From: a bacterium | Lineage (GTDB): Bacteria; Omnitrophota; Gorgyraeia; Gygaellales; Profunditerraquicolaceae | DNA length: 32,476 nucleotides | Direction: 5' to 3' | Assembly: GCA_021813045.1 (NCBI GenBank) | Contig: JAKAMF010000003.1 | Span: forward strand, 1-32,476 | In this document: one piece after another, positions 27,801-32,476 of the stretch | Layout: every line of letters begins with the position of its first letter | How positions within the stretch are numbered: the stretch's first letter is position 1 | Notes under the pieces: generated by a model | Told to the model about the DNA's origin: nothing | Seen by the model: only the letters and a program-made list of their open reading frames with translations | Database searches by the model: none | Translations under genes and position numbers: made by a program

Positions 27801-28085
27801 TTCAAGATTAAGCCGGCGCCATTCTGTGTCTTAGATGAAATTGACGCTGCGCTGGATGAAGCGAATGTAGACAGATTCGGCCGGGCACTACAGGACTTTT
27901 CCAAACTCTCGCAATTTATCGTGATTACCCACAATAAAAAAACCATAGCCAATGCCAATATCATGTACGGCATCACTATGGAAGAATCCGGTGTTTCAAA
28001 AATTGTCTCCGTGAAATTTGCCCAGGATAAACCCGCCGCCAAAGAATCAAATCCCGAAACTCAAGCAGTCCCCGAACCGGTTTAA
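24831..28085 (+). CDS. smc: Chromosome segregation protein SMC with non-canonical short hinge
   Basis: GFKSF, GPNGCGKSN, LRG..M.DVIF.G, Q-loop PQG.I, FDEASGI, LSGGEK, PAPFCVLDEIDAALD, ITHN, long coiled coils. Confidence 0.92.
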   Translation: MYFKKLELIGFKSFCNKTTLHFEPGITAIVGPNGCGKSNIFDSIRWVLGEQSVKSLRGSSMEDVIFNGTDTKEPVGMAEVSLTFDNTNKFFPVESEEVTISRRIFRSGESEYLLNKTQVRLKDIMDILLGTGIGAESYSIVPQGKIDMILSSRPEDRRLIFDEASGITKYKAQKREALRRLEETEQNLLRVNDIITEVKRQIGSLERQANKARKYKDAFEELKNKELVLGVLQKNEINKLKIQIAENISALTQEENRLSQIIKEQEDGISGSQTELKNLEEQILSSRTQLITLENLITRSKERIELNKERMNELDTNKTSLAAQAEQSKSRLLTDGEKINLLRLEYANLKNNIESKSAIFKEKELLLNNIAEAIKLSLENIASGKKSILDILTKITHTKNELTDCNSKQQIQQARKKRLEIERAKINEEKASAEASLAATKQELDQINAGYETISSKTSSLKNALEEEKNSLKNLGQIIEELAKQKLTLESQKQFIQELRTKYDDISETMNAVIYLDKLPNEKISGLVVRITDSANQPNHENNYQLKVSGEAKPFDLDTQKIAERILSLEEKINALKNNQTDKQTTISNQENQLNALHDELRAQEIILANKKASYQVNLDQFNRLNEEYTLANLELEEVETDLIAIGQKNTALQAQLNELDNQQKTKESLITNEQNNISINNSQKEGALVIITQIKTELEALTKRINSDDINLKALEERYNQDKESVSNIETQINDCAAKHKILEAENEELGNKIVQTNLDIVDQSTSLKETEAKFKGISSGISEIIKRIDTDKQSLDSLKNRTYQLQMQDKDAQYKYLALSERLAQAYKIDLEQLNETSLLDVDLQQINLEILSEEINRMKDRVNSYGSVNLVAIEEYDELKKRYDFLTQQQTDLVTAKESLREAINKINRTTKQMFLETFEKVRVEFRNYFKLLFNGGDAQVYLIDEQDPLESGIEIICRPPGKKLQNVLLLSGGEKSMSAIALIFAIFKIKPAPFCVLDEIDAALDEANVDRFGRALQDFSKLSQFIVITHNKKTIANANIMYGITMEESGVSKIVSVKFAQDKPAAKESNPETQAVPEPV

Positions 28086-29245
28086 AAACAAGTATTATTT
28101 TTACCTTTGTGTTTGGCCTGATAAAGCGCCTTATCAGCGTAGGAGATTAATTCAGAAGGAGTGCTGCCGTTAGCATCAAAAGTGGCTAAACCGATACTGA
28201 CGGTCAGCTTTTTATTGGGGAGTATTTCTTCGTGCATAAATTTATATTTTTCTACATCCTGCCTAAGCCGTTCGGCAATCACAAACGCCTCATTCTTATC
28301 CGTCTGCGGCAAAATGATCATAAATTCCTCTCCGCCATAACGGCAAACATAGTCCATCTTACGGGAATACCCTTTTAATAAGGCGGCCAGATCCTTTAAA
28401 ATCGTATCGCCGGCCTGATGCCCTAAAGAATCATTATAAACTTTAAAATCGTCGATATCCACCGCTAATAAGCTCAGCGGGCGCTGATTAACCCGTGATT
28501 TTTCCACTTCTTCCTGTAGCAAAAATTGAAAATAACCGTGGTTCCATAAGTCGGTCAAATGATCGGTGTGGCTGCGCAAAGCGGTGAGCTCAAAAAGCCG
28601 CGAGTTTTCAATTGCCAAGCCGGCCTGGTTAGCCAGCATAATCAGCATTCTTAAATCATCTTTGCTAATCGGTTTCTTGGTAATAAAATTATCCGCTAAA
28701 ATTATCCCGTTTACCTTGTCTTTTGCCTTCAGCGGCACAACCGCGATTTCCTCCGGATGCAAAAGATTAACAATCGGATCAGCACTATAATTCTGGATTG
28801 TCTCGCGGGTCAAAAGCAAGGGCATTCCGTCTAACACGCCAAGAGTAAGAATATTGCCTTTTTGTTCTTTAAGCGGAATTTTAATATGGCGGATCTGGTC
28901 ATTAAAACTGGACTGATGGACATGGCCAGAGTCCTTATAAACGCTGATCAAATCATCCAAATCCATTTTTTGGTGCTCGATCTGGTTCCAAATGCGGTTG
29001 GCGTCAGAGCCGGTTTCCGGGCCGATTGCCATTTTACCTTCGATCAGGCCGTCTTTTTCATTAACCAAAAACAAAAGGGCGCGGTTAAAGCCAAGCCCGG
29101 CATGCGCAGTAACTCCGGTAAGGATAATATATAAAATTTCATCCAGTTTTAAGGTTGTGCGCATAGCGTTAGAAATTTCGTAAAGTATGGCTAACTCAAG
29201 CTTTGCGCGTTCTAAGTCCTTGGATATTTTAACTGTTTCTTCCAT
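28082..29245 (-). CDS. GAF-GGDEF diguanylate cyclase
   Basis: GAF region (GLGFNRALLFL...ANQAGLAIEN), TDHLTDLWN, DIDDFK.YND..GH..GD, RKMD I-site followed by RYGGEEF. Start moved to ATG 29245 because the ORF-track GTG lies inside the predicted promoter. Confidence 0.92.
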   Translation of the reverse strand: MEETVKISKDLERAKLELAILYEISNAMRTTLKLDEILYIILTGVTAHAGLGFNRALLFLVNEKDGLIEGKMAIGPETGSDANRIWNQIEHQKMDLDDLISVYKDSGHVHQSSFNDQIRHIKIPLKEQKGNILTLGVLDGMPLLLTRETIQNYSADPIVNLLHPEEIAVVPLKAKDKVNGIILADNFITKKPISKDDLRMLIMLANQAGLAIENSRLFELTALRSHTDHLTDLWNHGYFQFLLQEEVEKSRVNQRPLSLLAVDIDDFKVYNDSLGHQAGDTILKDLAALLKGYSRKMDYVCRYGGEEFMIILPQTDKNEAFVIAERLRQDVEKYKFMHEEILPNKKLTVSIGLATFDANGSTPSELISYADKALYQAKHKGKNNTCF

Positions 29246-29253
29246 AATGGATA

Positions 29254-29282
29254 AATCTATCACACATTTATCCGGCGGTCAA
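29254..29282 (-). promoter_or_regulatory. Putative sigma70 promoter for the diguanylate cyclase
   Basis: Minus-strand TTGACC (29282-77)-N17-TAGATT (29259-54) with TG extension. ATG lies 8 nt downstream. Confidence 0.55.
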
Positions 29283-29292
29283 CTTAAAATAA

Positions 29293-29321
29293 TTGACACC
29301 TTAAAAAAAGAGTGCTATATT
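29293..29321 (+). promoter_or_regulatory. Sigma70 promoter for the rpsU operon
   Basis: TTGACA-N17-TATATT with TG extension. Confidence 0.75.
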
Positions 29322-29360
29322 ATGAGCCTATAAAAAATAAAATGAAAGGGGATGATTATT

Positions 29361-29525
29361 GTGCCGGAAGTAGAAGTAAAAAAAGACGAGTCGTTTGAAG
29401 CGGCCTTGCGCAGATTTAAAAAACAGATCGAGCAAGAAGGAATTTTACGTGAATTGCGCGACCGCAAACACTACGAAAAGCCGAGCGAAAAAAAGAGAAA
29501 AAAAATGCGCAAAGGCAGAAGGTAA
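29361..29525 (+). CDS. rpsU: 30S ribosomal protein S21 (bS21), missed by the ORF track
   Basis: GTG start after AAAGGGGATG. Translation [54 protein letters not shown]. Confidence 0.95.
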   Translation: MPEVEVKKDESFEAALRRFKKQIEQEGILRELRDRKHYEKPSEKKRKKMRKGRR

Positions 29526-29552
29526 CGTTTTTTCGCGCAATTTTCCTTAAAA

Positions 29553-30377
29553 ATGGAAGCACTTAAAATAAAACTGCCGGCTTATGCCGGCAGTTTCTAT
29601 CCTCAGGGCCCGAAAGAAATCAAGGCCTTAATCAAAGTTTTCCTGGCCGGCGCCAAGCCGGGTAAAACTGAGTGCTTAGGTTGTGTCTTACCGCACGCCG
29701 GGTATATCTACTCTGGCAAAACTGCCAGCTTGACTGCCGCGCAAATCAATATACCGGATACGGTAGTGCTTTTAGGGCCAAATCATACCGGGCTGGGGCA
29801 AGAATTTAGCCTTTTTTCTTCCAGCCCTTGGCAAACGCCGCTGGGCAAACTTGAGATCAACCAGCTCTTGGCTAAACAAATTTTTAAAAGCTGTCCGTGG
29901 ATAAAAGAAGATTCCTTAGCGCACATTAACGAGCATTCTCTGGAAGTAGAATTACCTATATTGCAATATTTCCGGCAGGATTTTAAGATTGTACCAATAG
30001 CCATAGCCAGCGACAACTTAAGCCGGCTCAAAGAAACAGGAATAGGAATCGCCGCGGCGATCCAAGAAACCAAACAAGCCGGCAATGTACTAATCGCCGC
30101 CAGCTCAGACATGACTCATTATGAGCCGCTGGCCCAAGCCCGGGAAAAAGATAACCTGGCTATCGAGGCGATCTTACGGCTGGACGAAGACGGCTTAATG
30201 GAAAGCTTAAAAAAATTTAAAATTACCATGTGCGGATACGCTCCGGTTATAATCATGTTATCCTGCGTAAAAAAACTAGGGGCTAAATCAGCACAATTAG
30301 TTAATTATTCAACCAGTGCCGAACGGACTAACGACCCTTCAAGTGTAGTCGGCTACGCAGGAATAAAGGTATATTAG
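29553..30377 (+). CDS. amrB: MEMO1-family protein (AmmeMemoRadiSam system protein B)
   Basis: AGSFYP, PHAGYIYSG, GPNHTG, EHSLEVELP, ASSDMTHY, TMCG, VVGY. Confidence 0.9.
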   Translation: MEALKIKLPAYAGSFYPQGPKEIKALIKVFLAGAKPGKTECLGCVLPHAGYIYSGKTASLTAAQINIPDTVVLLGPNHTGLGQEFSLFSSSPWQTPLGKLEINQLLAKQIFKSCPWIKEDSLAHINEHSLEVELPILQYFRQDFKIVPIAIASDNLSRLKETGIGIAAAIQETKQAGNVLIAASSDMTHYEPLAQAREKDNLAIEAILRLDEDGLMESLKKFKITMCGYAPVIIMLSCVKKLGAKSAQLVNYSTSAERTNDPSSVVGYAGIKVY

Positions 30378-30378
30378 C

Positions 30379-30729
30379 ATGGAAGAAAAAGATAAACACA
30401 TCGATGAAAGCTGGAAAGAATCAGTGGAAAAAGAAAAACAAAACTTAAATAGCGCTCCGCAGGGGTCTCCGGCGGAAAAACCAGACTTTAATTTTTTTAT
30501 CACTACCCTGGCCATACAAGCGGCAATCTGCCTGGGACAGCTGGATAACCCGGTAACTAACAAAAAAGAAGAGAATCTCCCGCAGGCTAAATTTATCATC
30601 GATACTATCGACCTCTTAAAAGAAAAAACCAAGGGTAATTTAACCAAAGAAGAAAACACTATGCTGGAAAATATACTTTATGAACTAAAACTGCAATTTG
30701 TGGAGAAAAACAAGGAGGCCAAGCCATGA
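30379..30729 (+). CDS. DUF1844-family protein
   Basis: F..FITTLA.QA...LG...NP, A...ID..DLL.EKTKGNL..EE...L...LYEL...FV. Confidence 0.82.
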   Translation: MEEKDKHIDESWKESVEKEKQNLNSAPQGSPAEKPDFNFFITTLAIQAAICLGQLDNPVTNKKEENLPQAKFIIDTIDLLKEKTKGNLTKEENTMLENILYELKLQFVEKNKEAKP

Positions 30730-30881
30730 TCGACAAAGAATTGCTGGAAATTCTCGCCTGCCCGGCTTGCAAGGCCGATGTAGAGTTAAAAGAAGAAAAA
30801 ATCGTTTGCACCAAATGCGGCAAAAAATATCCGATCCGCGACGGTATTCCAATTATGCTGATTGACGAAGCAGAGGAATAA
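30726..30881 (+). CDS. Trm112/YcaR-like Zn-ribbon protein, missed by the ORF track
   Basis: AAGGAGG SD and ATGA overlap. Translation [16 protein letters not shown]...[24 protein letters not shown]. Confidence 0.92.
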   Translation: MIDKELLEILACPACKADVELKEEKIVCTKCGKKYPIRDGIPIMLIDEAEE

Positions 30882-30882
30882 G

Positions 30883-31323
30883 ATGATCAAGATCCTAGTA
30901 ATCCACGGCCCTAACCTGCACCAATTAGGCAAACGCGAGCCACAGGTCTACGGAAGAACTTCTTTAGCCCAAATCAACCAGGCGATAGAAAAATTGGCCA
31001 AGTCAAAAAAAGCCAAAGTGGTAATTAAACAGTCCAATCACGAAGGTGAAATTGTTGATCTGATCACAAAAAATAAAATTAAATTCGACGGCATATTGAT
31101 TAATCCGGCCGCCTACACACACACCAGCGTCGCGATCAGAGACGCGATCGCTGCCAGCGGCATACCTACCGTAGAAGTGCACCTTTCTAATATCCACAGC
31201 CGCGAAACCTTCCGGCATAAATCCTTGATCAGTCCGGTGGCGCGCGGCACTATTCTCGGTTTTGGGCCAAACAGCTACCTTTTAGGCCTAGAGGCCCTAA
31301 TCGACCTTATTGATCACAAATGA
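30883..31323 (+). CDS. aroQ: Type II 3-dehydroquinate dehydratase
   Basis: Start at ATG 30883. Motifs [34 protein letters not shown]...RE.FR. Confidence 0.96.
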   Translation: MIKILVIHGPNLHQLGKREPQVYGRTSLAQINQAIEKLAKSKKAKVVIKQSNHEGEIVDLITKNKIKFDGILINPAAYTHTSVAIRDAIAASGIPTVEVHLSNIHSRETFRHKSLISPVARGTILGFGPNSYLLGLEALIDLIDHK

Positions 31324-32381
31324 GCAATAAGGTTAACCAAATATCCTCGCTTTATAAAGAAAAAAACTTAGACGGGATTTTAATCACCAGCCCGGCTAAT
31401 ATTTCCTATCTCACCAATTACCTTAGCCGCGATTCCTGGCTGTTGCTTTCTAAAAAAGGCAACTATTACCTTACTGACTCCCGCTATACAGCTGAAGCAA
31501 ATAAATATTTAAAGCCGGTTTTTCTGGTTAAACAAATCAACGGGACAGGCAATGAATGCCTAAAAAAACTCTCTCGGCAGCTTAAATTGAAAAACCTCGG
31601 ATTTGAAGGCAGGCACCTTACCTATGCGCAATACCATAGATTAAGCCAATCGCTGGGAAAAACCGTTAATCTTGTGCATACCCATAATTTGGTCGAAGAC
31701 TTGCGGCAGGTTAAATCAGCTGACGAAATCGAAAAAATCAGGTTCGCTACAAAAATTACGGTTAATGCCTTAAACTTTATCCGCGATTTTATCCAACCGG
31801 GAAAAAGCGAAATCGAAATTGCCGGAGAATTAGAGCGTTTTATCCGCTACAACGGAGGAATGGGCTCGGCTTTCAATATAATTGTCGCTTCCGGGCCGAA
31901 TTCCGCCTTTGCGCACCACATCACTTCCAGCCGGATAATCGGCAAAAATGAGACGGTGCTTATAGACGTAGGAGCGGAATTCCAAGGCTATAAAAGCGAC
32001 TTGACAAGGGTGTTCTTTTCAGGTAAAATACCTTTTCTTGCGCAAAGGGTTTATGCTATTGTACTTAAGGCGCAAAAAGAAGCGATTCGCCGGATCAAAC
32101 CCGGGGTTTCTACGGCTAAAATTGACCAGGCCGCCCGGCAGATTATCGCTAAAAACGGGCTGGCCAAGGCTTTTGGCCATAACCTCGGCCACGGATTGGG
32201 ATTAGAAGTCCATGAATCGCCCAGCATTTCCAGCGCGTCAGCCAGCGTTTTAAAGAAAAATATGGTCTTTACTATTGAGCCGGGGATTTATTTACCCGGT
32301 AAATTCGGAATAAGAATAGAGGATGTAATTCTAGTAACTCAGAAAGGGGGGGAAATACTCAGTGGCTCTCTCAATAAATGA
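31320..32381 (+). CDS. Xaa-Pro aminopeptidase/dipeptidase (M24B)
   Basis: Creatinase-N domain (TDSRY), ID.GA...[33 protein letters not shown]. aroQ-peptidase-efp synteny. Confidence 0.93.
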   Translation: MSNKVNQISSLYKEKNLDGILITSPANISYLTNYLSRDSWLLLSKKGNYYLTDSRYTAEANKYLKPVFLVKQINGTGNECLKKLSRQLKLKNLGFEGRHLTYAQYHRLSQSLGKTVNLVHTHNLVEDLRQVKSADEIEKIRFATKITVNALNFIRDFIQPGKSEIEIAGELERFIRYNGGMGSAFNIIVASGPNSAFAHHITSSRIIGKNETVLIDVGAEFQGYKSDLTRVFFSGKIPFLAQRVYAIVLKAQKEAIRRIKPGVSTAKIDQAARQIIAKNGLAKAFGHNLGHGLGLEVHESPSISSASASVLKKNMVFTIEPGIYLPGKFGIRIEDVILVTQKGGEILSGSLNK

Positions 32382-32476
32382 AGTTAAAGCAGGATTAACA
32401 ATTTTAGTGGATGACCAGGTCTGGCTGGTAATCGAAACTCAACACGTCAAGCCGGGCAAGGGCTCTGCCTTTGTGC
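32362..32476 (+). CDS. efp: Elongation factor P, 3'-truncated by window edge
   Basis: GTG start. Translation [38 protein letters not shown] with the KPGKG motif. Confidence 0.93.
   Translation, partial: MALSINEVKAGLTILVDDQVWLVIETQHVKPGKGSAFV

Noticed and set aside
29293-29318. CIRCE-like element (GAGTGCTA right arm)
   Set aside because: Left arm and spacing do not fit TTAGCACTC-N9-GAGTGCTAA. It is explained by the -35 and extended -10 boxes, and no chaperone gene follows.

Overview
Gene-dense bacterial chromosomal window of moderate-to-low GC. Almost all genes are on the + strand; the exception is a diguanylate cyclase. Gene content (LPS core genes, bifurcating Etf, BT1 transporter) fits an anaerobic Gram-negative organism. 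Candidatus Omnitrophota/PVC-like is my impression from protein style only and is unverified. Gene order: LPS/glycolipid cluster (GT9, manC, waaF-like, DegT aminotransferase, GT2, gmhB, GT28), priA, fmt, two tandem galT-like paralogs, gap, membrane spermidine-synthase-like gene, pgk, tpiA, secG, BT1 MFS, two long intergenic hairpin elements, marC, glgC, GNAT, bcd-etfB-etfA(ferredoxin-fused), a structured leader with micro-ORFs, a hypothetical gene, smc, dgc (- strand), rpsU, amrB, DUF1844, trm112-like, aroQ, Xaa-Pro peptidase and partial efp. No rRNA, tRNA, CRISPR, transposase or phage genes were seen. Most notable observations: (1) an SMC with intact ATPase heads but the canonical hinge replaced by about 55 aa; (2) an unannotated 19-aa microprotein, MCKSCGC plus a poly-Lys tail, behind a putative leader-peptide attenuator; (3) a PriA with degenerate helicase motifs; (4) a GalT paralog with His-to-Lys at the nucleophile position; (5) two oppositely oriented hairpin elements of about 200 nt; (6) several apparently leaderless genes.
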